A stretch of DNA of 62,277 bases, filler included, from Choristocarpus tenellus KU-1152 (lineage: Eukaryota; Protista; Phaeophyceae): the NCBI GenBank assembly GCA_964200185.2. It is 9 parts of 9 records of this genome, joined end to end, with 100 filler letters (N's around TTAATTAATTAA, not from the genome) between each part and the next. Parts side by side here need not be neighbours in the genome. Positions count along the whole stretch, not along the records: positions 46,892 to 53,699 come from CAXNAD020007301.1; positions 53,800 to 58,292 come from CAXNAD020014314.1; positions 58,393 to 62,277 come from CAXNAD020017372.1; 6 more parts are not named here. One strand, 5' to 3'. Below are positions 50,434 through 62,277 of the stretch, piece by piece; the stretch's first letter is position 1; each line of letters begins with the position of its first letter. The position numbers and the translations under genes were made by a program. Under the pieces are notes generated by a model. The model saw only the letters and a program-made list of their open reading frames with translations, made no database searches and was not told the DNA's origin.

Positions 50434-52972
50434 ATGAAGGTCTATCCTCATGAGTGGTCTTTGTTAAGCAGTAAGATTTATTTGGGCCCGGACCTGACTC
50501 CTACATCTAATGTATCTTGTACTGACTATGTCACTTGTACCTCTTGTGTTGGTTATACCGACCGGGTGGAGTGTCTATGGTGCGCAGGCGATGCTGAGAA
50601 TTCTGTTGGAACGTGTATGAACCGATCCACGGCAGGGGAAGACTGCGGAGCGGGGTCTCTGCTGGTGAGCAGTTCTTCGAACCCAGACATCGTCATTTCT
50701 ACCGCTGCTTCAACCTGAAGGACTGACCGACTTCACCCTCTGCGCCTCTCCCCGTAGGATATTTGCACTGGAAACGTCGCCTCGTATGTCACCGTCCTCA
50801 TCCTTTCAGCACTGTTGTGCTGCTGCTGTGGAATAGCCATGCTTCGCAAGTTTCTGGCTGTGTGGCATGGACGGAGGCAGTGGGGTGGCAACCTCTCCCA
50901 ACCACTATTGGATGAAGAAGAGGAACAAAGACACGAGGTAAAGTAGCCATGCCGACACTCAAAATCATCGAAATTGTGAAACGAGTGGAACTTCAGGTTA
51001 GCTTATTCACACGTTGAACTTGTGGATCTCTTACTTGTTGTGAACAGTCACGATACTACTGGTTGATCTCATGCTCGAACAACCGGATTATTTATTTACC
51101 ACTCTTTGGATACCTGAGATTTAACTTAATGCTGTACACCCTCACTTGCCCCTTCTTTTCCCTCATCCTTCGTTCCCTTCTCTAGGCAGTGTTCCGCAAC
51201 AGCCTTACCGAGGCTGGGGAGCAACCCTGGTGGTGCCCGGTCTGTGGGTTTGACAATCGCCCCCGTTGTAAGAACTGTGATCTGTGTGGAACAAGCAAGG
51301 ACTTCGCAAAGGTACAGAATGTGTTTACCTAGTCCCTCTGTTCTTGGGCTCTGGATATCACCTGAGGGGGTGGAAAAGCGTCTGGGGTAGAAGACATTGA
51401 CTTTGTAGTAGTTGCCGTGGATGTTCACAACAATCCTGCTTTTTAGGATCAGCATGCAGGAGACAGTGTTGATTAAGGATGCGATTCTGGGATGTCTACA
51501 AAGAGGGGAAAACAGTGATTATTTTTGTAAAGGGAGGGGGACAAGTCATCCTTCCAGAAGAGGTTCATTCTCAATGTGAGGTACACCACCCTCCTTATGC
51601 TTGCCATCACAACTCTCCATGTCTCATTAACAGTGGCTGGTCTGCTTACAGAAAACACCTTCAAGTATGCTCCACCATTAGGAAGCCTGCCTATCTCCCT
51701 CTTCCCCACCATGTTTCCCATCCTGCTCCCCCCAATCTTCCACCCTACCCTTCAAGGCTTACACACAGGAGAAGTTAAGCAGAGGGAGTCGACAGCATGT
51801 GGGGAAAGGGATGAAGGTGTGTAAGTGGGAAATACGTATGTTTTGTGGGATAGTCTACGATGGGAAAGATGGAAAAATTTCCTAATTGGATCTTCGCCTG
51901 GGCATTGAGAGAGACTGGTTTGTTCCCCGAAAGAGTGTTGGTGTGGAAAACACTCATAACAAAGTCTCGCACCCCTGCTTTCATCAGGCCATTTCCGTGA
52001 GAGCATTAAAATGAGCATTACTATGGATGTTAATGTCTTCACTTTAGCTGGGGATCATCCCGACCTGAGGCCATAGGCATTACACACTGCACTACATCTC
52101 ATACAGACCAATGTAGTTGTAACTCACTCTTGCACTACAACTAGTTGTACTGCGTTCATTTGTGACTTGCTTTGTGTGTGTGTGTGTTATGTTTATCCAT
52201 ACCACCTCTCAGTACTCTGCCTCCTCCTACCTTGAATCTTGTGATGGATCCACCCTCATGTCCGTTGGCAACGAAGCCTTGCCATTTCATTCTTAGTATA
52301 TATAGTATAGAGTATATAGTATATATATAGTATATAGCAATAGGTGGTACACGTGTACAATGCGCAGTGCTTGCCATGTGAACTTGGGATTATAGAGACC
52401 AGATTTCCACGAAAATAAGTCTGGTGTCGATGGGGATTGAACCCATGAAATTCATGCCGGGAACAGCCTCTGTTAGATACACATCCACGAGGACGCTTGT
52501 TGACAGAGTGAGCCTATACATGTGTCGTCATACATCTCCCCTGCCTGTACGGAGGTCGGTGTTTGAATAACAGCAGAGTACAGAAAGTTCTGATTTGCTT
52601 CCTTGCCCCCCCCCCCCTGCCTTCGGTGTGTGTAAAGGCGCTCAAGGGCACGGGTAGCAAGGGTATGCGACTGGAGCGGACCCCCCCTCCCGAACTTGGA
52701 TCATTACAAAGTGTAGGATTGGACATCTCAACACGTGATAGCCTGGTGGGGACTGGAGGAGGAAGAGGGCTAGGAAGGGGAGGGGAGAACGAGGAGGGGA
52801 GAAGCGGGGAAGAGGAGGAGGGGGGGGGGGAAGTGGAGAGGAGGAGGGGGAGGAAGACGAGTCAACTCCTCTCATGGAAGGCATTGCCGATTCAGCGCCA
52901 TCGGCGACTGTCTTGGGGTTTGGATCGATTCAGGGATTTGAGTGAGTTCCCAGTTAGGTTGATACCAAAGTG
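50434..52972 (+). CDS. Membrane protein: PSI-like Cys-rich ectodomain + TM + RanBP2-type zinc finger (possible N-terminus of a HECT E3 ligase), 3'-truncated
   Basis: Exons 50434-50664, 50758-50937, 51186-51311 and probably 52638-52972. CTDYVTCTSCV...CLWC...GTCM...C (PSI-like), TM YVTVLILSALLCCCCGIAML, QPLL, and WWCPVCGFDNRPRCKNCDLCGT. No HECT domain is seen in the window. Confidence 0.78.
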
Positions 52973-53089
52973 GTAAATCTCTGTCCTTGATGATATTCGT
53001 AGGCAGTCGTGAGGGCTGATACGCAATTTTGAGAGGGAGTCTTTTGTTTTTGTGATATTAGTTAAAGAGACTCTATATCATCCTGTGCC

Positions 53090-53134
53090 TATGCCTGCTT
53101 GCTTGCCTGCTTGCTTGCTTGCTTGCGTGCGTGC

Positions 53135-53166
<32 letters not shown>

Positions 53167-53274
53167 ACAGCGATGTCACTCGATTTTTTTCATCTTAGGT
53201 TTGACTCTGGGTCCATAGACCCTTATTTGAGGTGCTGATTGTCTCCTATCTATCGCNNNNNNNNNNGTGCGTGC

Positions 53275-53318
<44 letters not shown>

Positions 53319-53330
53319 GTGTGTGCGTTT
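53090..53330. repeat. (GCTT)n(GCGT)n(GT)n compound microsatellites around a 10-N gap (53257-53266)
   Basis: Direct inspection. Confidence 0.9.
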
Positions 53331-53924
53331 GCATGTGTGTTTTTCTGTTGAGTAGAGAGATGCGGGAATATGTAGAGCAGTCGTATAGTGCTGAAATTGT
53401 ACTAAGAAGTGAGCTGCAGAACATACTCTAACTAAATCTATGTGCTAATTACACGTACCATATACTCCGTACACACTATATACACATGATATGCTTATAT
53501 ACCATACTCCTGTGCTCTGCTGAGCGAGGGGAGTTTTTGTGGCGTTGAAGTTTTTGTAGTAGCGTTGAAGGGATTGTGGGTCTCTATGCTCTCATGGTGT
53601 TGGGTAAGGAGAGCTGGCAGTGCAGTTACTAAGGGGGGGGGGGAAGGGGCTATCTGTTTTCCTACTCACCCTATCTTGAAGTTGTTTAGTGTTAATTCTN
53701 NNNNNNNNNNNNNNNNNNNNNNNNNNNNNNNNNNNNNNNNNNNTTAATTAATTAANNNNNNNNNNNNNNNNNNNNNNNNNNNNNNNNNNNNNNNNNNNNG
53801 TTGTTATCTTCTTGCCTATCACGCATGCATACATTTCAATACTGCGCTTCCGACGAGTGCAACATATTATTATTATTTTTCACGTATTATTCAAGAGGGT
53901 TACAAGCACGCTTCCAACCCTTAC

Positions 53925-54104
53925 GACCCAAAGTATCTGGGGAGGGGGGGTCTACACCAGAGTGTCCATTTCAACCAAAACCAGGAAAAGTGCACTTTCA
54001 TCATTATCCATCCAACGCATGGAACCAAATCACCCAAAAATCGAGACATGAAAAAATTGGTCCCAAATGGACAGACGCCACCCCCCCCCCAGATACTTTG
54101 ACCC
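53925..54104 (+). mobile_element. MITE family 2, intact 180-bp copy
   Basis: TIRs GACCCAAAGTATCTGGGGAGGGGGG...TGTCCATTT / AAATGGACA...CCCCCCCCAGATACTTTGACCC; flanks TTAC/TTAT. Confidence 0.82.
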
Positions 54105-54305
54105 TTATCATCACTCCATTGGTCCTCTGATCAAATCAGCACATTCCTTGATATATCCCCAAGGGTAAGCTACCCTCCATCCTCACTCTCACCGATCCGC
54201 ATCTACCCCAGCTCCAGCCAGGAGATTCCCCGGCGATAGTTTGACGAGGCGACACCGGAGTCTCCCAGCCAAGGCCTCCACCTACACCACCACCATCACC
54301 ATCAC

Positions 54306-54401
54306 CATCCACATCCACATCCACGTCCACATCCACATCCACATCCACATCCACATCCACATCCACATCCACATCCACATCCACATCCACATCCACATCC
54401 A
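54306..54401. repeat. (ATCCAC)n hexamer microsatellite
   Basis: About 16 near-perfect copies. Confidence 0.95.
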
Positions 54402-54582
54402 TGTAACGTTGTATGCGTGTGGGGGTTTGGGGGTATGGGGGTGGGGAGTGAGGAGACTGCAACAGCACACACCAAGTATGCTCCTCGACATGCATACACG
54501 CAACAAGATTAACACACACATACTTCAGATAGTGTTAGGGTTTATTACACGCAGAGGGTTAGGATTTGCAAAGAGGGCTCAC

Positions 54583-56539
54583 CAATAGTGTCTTGCCCAC
54601 ACCTGGTGGCCCATGAATCAACAGGGTTCCCCCACCACTGCCCGTCTCTGCTGCAGGCACATGCCTCCCCTGACTCTTGTCTCCTACCCACCCTTCTTCC
54701 TTCACTCCCTGTCTGCCAAGTGTGACGGTCATTTCAAGGCTAGCACTCACACTCTCCACCACTGTTGAATCGTGGCAACCGATGACGGACTCAGCATCCC
54801 TACAACCAACTGCCTCATTGAGGAAAAGTTCACAGCATGTTGATTGAGAGTTTAAAGAGGGGGTGGAGAGGGGCATATATAGCATGGTGTACCATAAGGC
54901 ACTGGGGGTTACTAGTATTCAGTCTGCACCTTCGTTCCGTGACACAACCTTGCCTTGATGAAACTGACTGCACTTCCCCCTAGTGAAACCTCTACTTACA
55001 GTCGGAGGTAGCTTCAACCATTAGTGACCTGATAAAAACATCCACTCGAACCTTGTGAGGCAGTCACCCTGTCCAGATGCTGTACTTCCAGGTTGGGATT
55101 CTGTATGATAATTGTAGTATCTGTGGTGACAAAGCCCCACTCGTGCAGTCGACACACCCATAGCTTTTCAAGCTCCCCACTTCTTTGTATCCTCTCTTCT
55201 CCTCCCGCCATATTTTTTGTTCCCATCCACCCCTTGTTCTTCCCACCTTGGAGAGGCTGGCTATACTGTGATCCATCACCCCTCTCCATCCGCCTGCCTC
55301 TTCCCCTCTCCCTGCCCCTTTGCCTGGCCCTATCCTGCTCAACCCCATCATCCCCTCCTCTGACGCTCCCTGCCCTAGAGAGCAAACTCTCATACCCACC
55401 ATCATTTCCCTCAACCTCTGTGATCAAGCAACCACCAACATCCTTGCAACCAGTGGCATGCTCATTACCTATTATTCCTTCAGATATCTGCCCTCCTTGC
55501 ATCGCCATTTGCGAATCAGGTCCGCAATGGATCGGGAAGGGGAGGGTGAATTGGGGGTTTCTTCTACAGCATAGCATGACCTCCTGGGGATGGCGATCAG
55601 CTGGGGACATCAGCATGCTTCTGATAGAGCAATTTCTTACCACGGCGCCCTCCAGATATTCGAGTGCCGCGATGGGACTGAGGGTTGGGGCGGGGTCATC
55701 GCCTTCAGAATTCAAGGGGGTGGGGGGGAGGGGGAGGGGGAAGGTTCAGGGTACTATTGCCTTAGCTATTCCATCAGTCCTGAGCCTCTTAGGGCTTAGG
55801 AGAATACTCCATCCCTTGAAATAAACATATGATCCTGTTGGTACGGGCAATCATACCCAACTACTATAGAAGGGTGGATGATCCTGAAACATCATCACAT
55901 CATCAACATCAACTTGTCTTCACTCATTTGTAATAGATGCCCATTCCCCTCGTCTTCTTCCCCATAGCAAACCTTGACTATTGATTTCGACAGCTGCCCA
56001 AGGCTGAAGGAAATGTGGAGGTACCGACGAGATGGACAGGTCGACCACGGGGTCTTCCACAACTGGCCCTTTCGTGGTAGATAACATAAAGACAGCAGGG
56101 TCTTGAGGCTGCAGAGCTGTGTCAATATGTACGCGAACAAGACCACGATAACCTACCCATCCTGGAGCAGAGGTGGACTCCATCCACGCGAGGCGAAGAT
56201 GTCGTCCGCCTTTCGATTGGGGGTGGAGGTGTTAATACTAGAAATGTGGGGTAGTATAGGCTTGCAAGGTTGGTGCTGGTTTATGAAACATTCCCTGGAG
56301 TTTGCCAGCCCACCCAACTTGTATCTTCTCTCACCAAAAATCGACGCACACTCCGGGCATACATAGAGGACATTCTCAATGCCCTCCGGTCTCGTTTCGA
56401 GGCAAACTACAGCCTTCATCCAAACTGTTTTGAATTTGAATGTGGTAAGTGGAGAGACGTATTGGCTCTGGAGCTCTGTATTTGTGGCTCTGTGGTCACC
56501 ACTCAGTAACAGATTTAGATGTACACGATTTGAAAACCC
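54583..56539 (-). CDS. AAA+ ATPase (CDC48/PEX1/PEX6/AFG2-like), N-terminal region and first Walker A; 3'-truncated, exon structure only partly resolved
   Basis: TLLIHGPPGVGKTLL ends at a GT donor (54582). Long upstream minus-strand open segments (55014-55715, 55920-56110, 56190-56539) with acceptor sites. Confidence 0.68.
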
Positions 56540-56964
56540 CTGAAAATAAAGCAACATATTTCAATTTATAATTTTTCTTGTAAGATGGGGGTACATTACT
56601 ACTAATACTGCTAGTACTACTATAACACTGCATCCTCACGACGTAGAGAAGGTGACAGGTACCTGCATGGATTGCGTTGGTTAGAACCCCTTCGACGCCA
56701 AACTCCATACCATCGAAATCTGGTTTTTTTTATCTGGTTTCGGTCATACTATTCCATGTGACATAGACAACGGATTGTACACATGTAACCACGAAAAGTG
56801 CTGGACCAAGATCAAGGAGGAAACTTCGGTTGGATGGGTCCAGAAGAATATTCGAGGTACACCGTAGTAGATGGAGTAAGGCTTGTGGAAGTGATGAACC
56901 CAACATGCGAGAAGGAAGTCAAGTAAGTAGGGAGGCAGTACAGCTATCTATTATTGTTGTTATT

Positions 56965-56996
<32 letters not shown>

Positions 56997-57339
56997 ATCA
57001 TCAAATTAGTGTAAGGGGTTCTAGGTCACCTATTATGGTCAAAAAAGTAGTCCAAAGAAGGCAATATACACTATTTGAGAAATGGCAAGAAGGATCATAA
57101 AAGAATAACAAAACGGTGGAAGAAAGTTAAAAAAGAGAAGAAATACAAAGAAATTAAAATAGATTTAATGGAAAGGATAGGAGTTGAAGGAGAAAAACAC
57201 CATCATCATCACCAAAAAAATATGAGGGGAAGAGAAGAAAGAAATGAACAAATGATCGAGGAGAATTAAGCCCACAGAGAAAACAGCATTCAGTAGACAG
57301 TAGTGAGGGTGGTGGTGTTGGTGGCTTCAGCGATCTTTG

Positions 57340-57775
57340 TTGTTGCTTTGGTGTGACGTACACTCTAGCTATCACAGCTTCTTTGGAATGTCATTCAATC
57401 ATGAACTTTGCTGTGCCGTTACTCACACAATCATACCACTCCTCTTGGTTAGTAACCTTCGTGCTCCAACCCTCAACTTAAGTCCCAAACTTGTTGAAGG
57501 TCGTCTTGGAGACATGTCAACCAGTTCTTCGCCTATCCACCTTGCTTCTGTTTTTCATCCAAAAGCTCCACAAACATCAATATCTTAGGAAATCACTCAT
57601 CCCCCGTGGAAGCAACTGACTCACCAGATAGGCACATCCAGTTGCACACCGTTGCCTCGATACTCTCATACACAGTCTTCATAAGAGCATCTTCTTTGTA
57701 GGAGAGGACCTGTTCGGTGGTGTGTATTCGTTTGCAGAAACCTACGCAGAGGAGGAGGAATTTGTAGTAGGAAAA
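57340..57775 (-). mobile_element. Degenerate RTE-type LINE C-terminal fragment
   Basis: YKFLLLCVGFCKRIHTTEQVLSYKEDALMKTVYESIEATV...DE*FPKILMFVELL...GG*AKNWLTCLQDDL, with in-frame stops; same region type as 1-260. Confidence 0.75.
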
Positions 57776-59439
57776 AGAGTTTCAGACAATGGGAGTGCCC
57801 ACGTCATATAACCGTATAACAGAACTTCAAGTTCTTCACCTTCGAGTATTCGAATCTTAACCTCAGGTGAAACACCAGAGATCCTGTCACAAAATACTTG
57901 AGTGTGTTTGCGAAAACAGCTCTAGGTTTTCTTACCACTCCTGGTGATCTCAGCAGTAATGGCAGCATCATCACAAATTGAAATAATTGTAGTGTAAAAG
58001 TTGGTGCGTAGTATGAGTAGTACGTAGTATGAGAAGGAGTCCAGTGTGAAGTTCCTCTGACCACGGATCGGGGTCATCCTGAACTAAAATTGAGATACCA
58101 TAAAAAATTATAATGTAATAAAATAATTAATATAGTGGTTTCAACAGTGGGATTTGACGAGAGGTATGTCGAAAGTGGGAAGGGAAAACTCATTCATAAT
58201 GGTGCATCAGATTATTTGCTACGCCCATCCTTAGCGTTGGCTTAACTGCCATGATGGATTTGCCTACTCCTAACTCCACCGGACAAGATGGGNNNNNNNN
58301 NNNNNNNNNNNNNNNNNNNNNNNNNNNNNNNNNNNNTTAATTAATTAANNNNNNNNNNNNNNNNNNNNNNNNNNNNNNNNNNNNNNNNNNNNAAAAAAAC
58401 CAAAAAAGAGAAAAAAGAAAAAAAAAAAAAGGACCTGAATCAAGTTGCAAACATTGAGGATTTTTTTTTTTGTCCACCACACGAAATTGCATCCAATAAC
58501 CGCACTTCGAAAATATGTTTGTGTTCAAGCGCTGGAGTAGGGGGGGGCTGTTTTACCCCTGACCCAAATAAAAGGCACTCGACCTTGCAGCACTAACTTT
58601 GATTGAAGGCGAGGCTACCACTAGACTTAGGGCTCAGATGCTGTGTTGTTTGCTGCGAAATCGCTCCTCCGCTGACCGTTGTGGCGATGATGCACAGGAA
58701 AAAAAAAGGCTCGATTGAGGCTAAGCATGAGACAATCCCTTCCCTAATTGAAACTCCAACTGTGTGTTGTCTGGTAGTGAAATGTGTCCAGAACACAAAA
58801 AGGGACCAGGATCTGATCTCATGCACTCTCTAGATGGGATCAACCCAAATCACACACCTCATTACCAACCACTTCTGAAGAGAGCAGCGGAGGTTCGATC
58901 AATGCCAAAGATTGGGTAGCCCAAAAATTCCTAGCTCAACCTTCCAAAGTCCTCTGTTAGGTACACATTGTGTTTTCAAAAAAACAACTGTCGAATGCAT
59001 ACAAAATCCAAGAAAAAAAGAAAGAAAGAGGTCCACGAGAATAATAGGGTCCAATTGCAGAACCAAACATACTCTCCCAGCAGAATCAGTCGCAATGCAA
59101 CTGCACAGAGCGGTACAATGTGTATGCCACCACAAGAACAGCCTTCAGGTTTCGGGATATGGGGACAGAAAATGTTACATCCCTTGGACCAGCAAATCTC
59201 GTTACTTACAAAGTTTTATCCTGCTGCAGAACACCTGTTTCTAATGACTCCAAAGCACAAGCACTCTCAAAGCGAATCAAACGCTCTCTGCCATACCATA
59301 GGGATCATCAACACCGAACCCCCGTACCAAAGGCACACTCCCCCCCTTTTTCCCAACCCCACACCAACCCTCCCCCCCCCTCAATTCCTAAAGTTCAACA
59401 GTCTCACACACCCACACGACAAGCACAGCTCGCAGACAC

Positions 59440-61598
59440 CTCACCATGGTAGTGACCTTTTGTAGTACTCAATCTTGCCTCCTTCACCCATCCATCACAC
59501 ACACTAAGCAAGTACCGCCTCTTTCTCCAGAAGTGCTGCCTGACCAGAGCCTCAAATCCCCGTGCTGGTAGCCTCAGGGCGTCTGCCATGGCCCACTTCA
59601 CACTGACCGATCGAAGTGTCTCCAAGCCACAGAAGGCTGATGTGCGGGCCTGTTCCATGCCCTCCGGGGTATTGAAGTCTTCCTCTGAACCTGGCTCATT
59701 GAAGAAGGGGTAAACCGCCCCAAGGATGAATGTCTGTGCGAAGTGGAAAAACATTGCATTTGAGGATGGTATGACTTGGTAAGACGAGTGCTCGACTACG
59801 CTGGGTGTAGAAGTGAAGGGGGGAGGGGGCGGTGGAAGAGGCCGGGGGGGATTGCAGCGATGTATGCAGTTCCCACATTATGAACGAGGAGAAGGCAAAC
59901 GCCGAGCAGATAAGAGTATCGGTAGGAGATGGGGCAGTGGACGGGGTGTTCAGGTGGTTGGGAGGGGGGAGACCAGGGTCATTATTTCAGTAAGTAAGCA
60001 TTTGAATCATATTCAAAGAAGAACAATTTCACGTCAAATACAACAATACCTCAAAAGCATCAAGGCATCGAGAGCTGCAAACTTATCAAAAGGCCAGCAG
60101 GGTGAAATACTTGGGGCGCTTTCATACATACACATCAAACACATTCCATCTTTGCCATGAAAGTTCTTCTTGGCAAAAGGCCACCAACCAAACATCCAAC
60201 ACATTTGAACGAAAAGAAGAAAGGAATTGCGTTGGTAAACCTGCACCCCACACATAAATCCCAAGGCATCACAAGCCCAGGATTTTTTTTTAAAAGGTGG
60301 AAATTCAAGCCAGCATTGAACAGGAGAAGGGGGACAACAACACAGCAACTATCCTCTCTTCTCTACCCACCCGCCCAAAACTCTTTAGAAACCCGTACAA
60401 CCAAATGGTCATGCCAGTGCCATGATGGAAGAGAGTATATACAGTCATACATACGAATGCACTGTTGAACACAAGGCAACATTAGGTCAGTGGTACTGGA
60501 AGAGAGGGACACGCCTGAATTGCTAGGAGTACTTGCAACAAGGACGCATTCGAAGACCAATTCATCTCCTCTGACTCCCCCCACCATGTGCCAAGCAGCG
60601 AGAGGCACACCTGCAGCAGTTGGGGCAATCACCCACATCAAGCATAAAATGGAAGGAATGAGAAAGGTAGATGCAGGCAATAGCCTTTTTGCACCTATGT
60701 CACATCATCTTAACTCTAATTGCAAAGCCAACAGGAAGCCTGACTTCGCAGTAGCCCAGCTCAGTGGTGAGGCACATGTTGAAGGCACCTGTGCTGCTCC
60801 TCCTGGCCAGTGTAAAGAGTCCATTTGTATAATCATAGCAAGTGTTAGCTTCGAAGCCAAGATATGGACATCCACCACTTGCGCCCCACTGCCTCAAAAA
60901 TGATGTAGATCCCACGCAGGCATAGGGGTGAGGTCCTCCACGAAAAAGAATGTCAAGGAAATCCAAGTACAAGTGTTCACAACATTGATACTTGACAAGA
61001 CACATCATACTTCCTGTTTTAACATGGATACTCAAGATCAACACCATAAGACTCTCAGAATATACACATTGTGTGTGTGTGTGTGTGTGTGTGGATTTAG
61101 GTCCTCAGGGGTGATCACTCGTTTCACTCCAGCTCCCTCACACCACATCACTGAAACTACCTACAAATTTCAAATTTCTACCAAAATTCTCCTGCAACAT
61201 CATACAAAGCAGCAACAAATCCAACAGCCTACAATTTCCCCATCAGGGAGAGGTGACAACCCCAGCACCCAAACACCCAAACACAGCCCCCTACTGTCCC
61301 CCCCACCACACACACCCCTGGCGCATTAAGCAACAGCTCCCCTCATCAACTCCTCCCCCATTCTTCCCCCCCACCCCCATGCTCAATTCACAAAAGACTC
61401 TTGTACATCCAACATCACGCCATCTACGTCACCGACCTTCCCACATTCATACAGGTTGGGATTGAAGCGAACTGAGCCCCTGCCAGTGGTCATGAGGTTG
61501 ACCTTTGGGGGACAGCCAGGATACTGTGGGGGGCAGTAGATGTCAAACAGGAATGCCCCACTGTCGTACGGTGTATCCCCAGGCGCCAAAACCATTGC
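59440..61598 (-). CDS. Ubiquitin-conjugating enzyme domain protein of BIRC6/UBE2Z type, internal portion
   Basis: Exons 61437-61598, 60515-60610 and 59440-59733: [28 protein letters not shown]...[12 protein letters not shown]|VCLSLLGTW...[10 protein letters not shown]|[15 protein letters not shown]...KWAMADALR. Catalytic Cys present. Confidence 0.92.
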
Positions 61599-62277
61599 CT
61601 AGGTGAGCACAACAATGGGGATATATATTGGGCAATCGCATTACAAGAGAGGCATTGGAACTAAGGGATGGAGGTATTGGTAGGAGTTCCTATTGATCTG
61701 ATAGGCCACCCACCTTACAAAACGCCCAATACTCTACTCCAAAAGAAACGGATGCAAGTTCGTTAAACCTTGAATCTCAAAACTTTTGCGGCTCGATCAC
61801 ACTACCCTGCTCAACGATCACCAACAGACTGTCAGGGTTTCACCCACCAAACCCCTACCTAGAAAGGCCCGGTCTCCCACTATCTTATCGACGTTTGGTA
61901 CAGTAGACACCACCAGGGTCACTAAAAGGCCGTTCCCACTATTAAGACATAGTGAGACAGGGGTTGTTACCTTCCACCGCTTGCCATGGTGCAGATTGTC
62001 TGACAAGTGGAGTCAGTTGGTGGAAGGATTAGGAGAAAAGGTTAGGGGTAGAAAGGGAAAGAGTGTCCTCCCCCATCCCCCCTCTCTCATGTCCGTCTCT
62101 CCACCTTACCCTTCCCTCTACATGACACTCCTATACTGGGAGGAGGAAACTCTTCTGTCTGCCCAAGAGCATTCAAATATATAGAAATGTGAAGGAGTTG
62201 TTTACGCGACTCCTCAACCTTCAGTTTTTCCCCCCCACACAAGACCATGGATGTTCAGGGGGGGGGGGGGGGGGGGG

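Noticed and set aside
54136-54588. VD/HI/MW/GC dipeptide-repeat ORFs
   Set aside because: Translations of the (ATCCAC)n microsatellite.
5090-58392. Recurrent TTAATTAATTAA palindrome within N runs
   Set aside because: Artificial six-frame-stop linker joining contigs; not biological, and it makes cross-linker gene order meaningless.
7058-61598. A proteostasis gene cluster (Hsp110, AAA ATPase, E2, putative E3)
   Set aside because: The genes lie on different unlinked contigs.

Overview
Eukaryotic, intron-rich nuclear DNA. It is most likely from a photosynthetic stramenopile such as a brown alga or close relative, inferred from bipartite plastid-targeting leaders, short (TAACCC)n tracts and RTE-type LINE remnants. 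The window is not contiguous: nine contigs are joined by identical artificial 100-bp spacers (44 N + TTAATTAATTAA + 44 N), so adjacency is only meaningful within a contig. Spliced genes reconstructed by hand: Hsp110/SSE-type chaperone (3' part), Sec7-domain ARF-GEF (3' part), last exon of glycine cleavage T protein, a DEK_C-domain protein, a plastid-targeted 2-TM protein, an uncharacterised protein, a plastid-targeted DEAD-box helicase with a degenerate adenylate-kinase-like N-terminal domain, an N-acylated LRR protein with 84-nt exons head-to-head with a PSI-TM-RanBP2-zinc-finger protein, an AAA+ ATPase fragment and a BIRC6/UBE2Z-type E2. Non-genic DNA contains a solo LTR nested in a MITE nested in a tandem repeat, two related MITE families, a DIRS/Ngaro-like gag remnant, LINE remnants, a CCA-bearing tRNA 3' half next to an LTR-like segment, a higher-order hairpin repeat array, and a tandem array with inverted templated insertions. 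No CRISPR array, rRNA or complete tRNA was found. All calls are by-eye; no database search was run.
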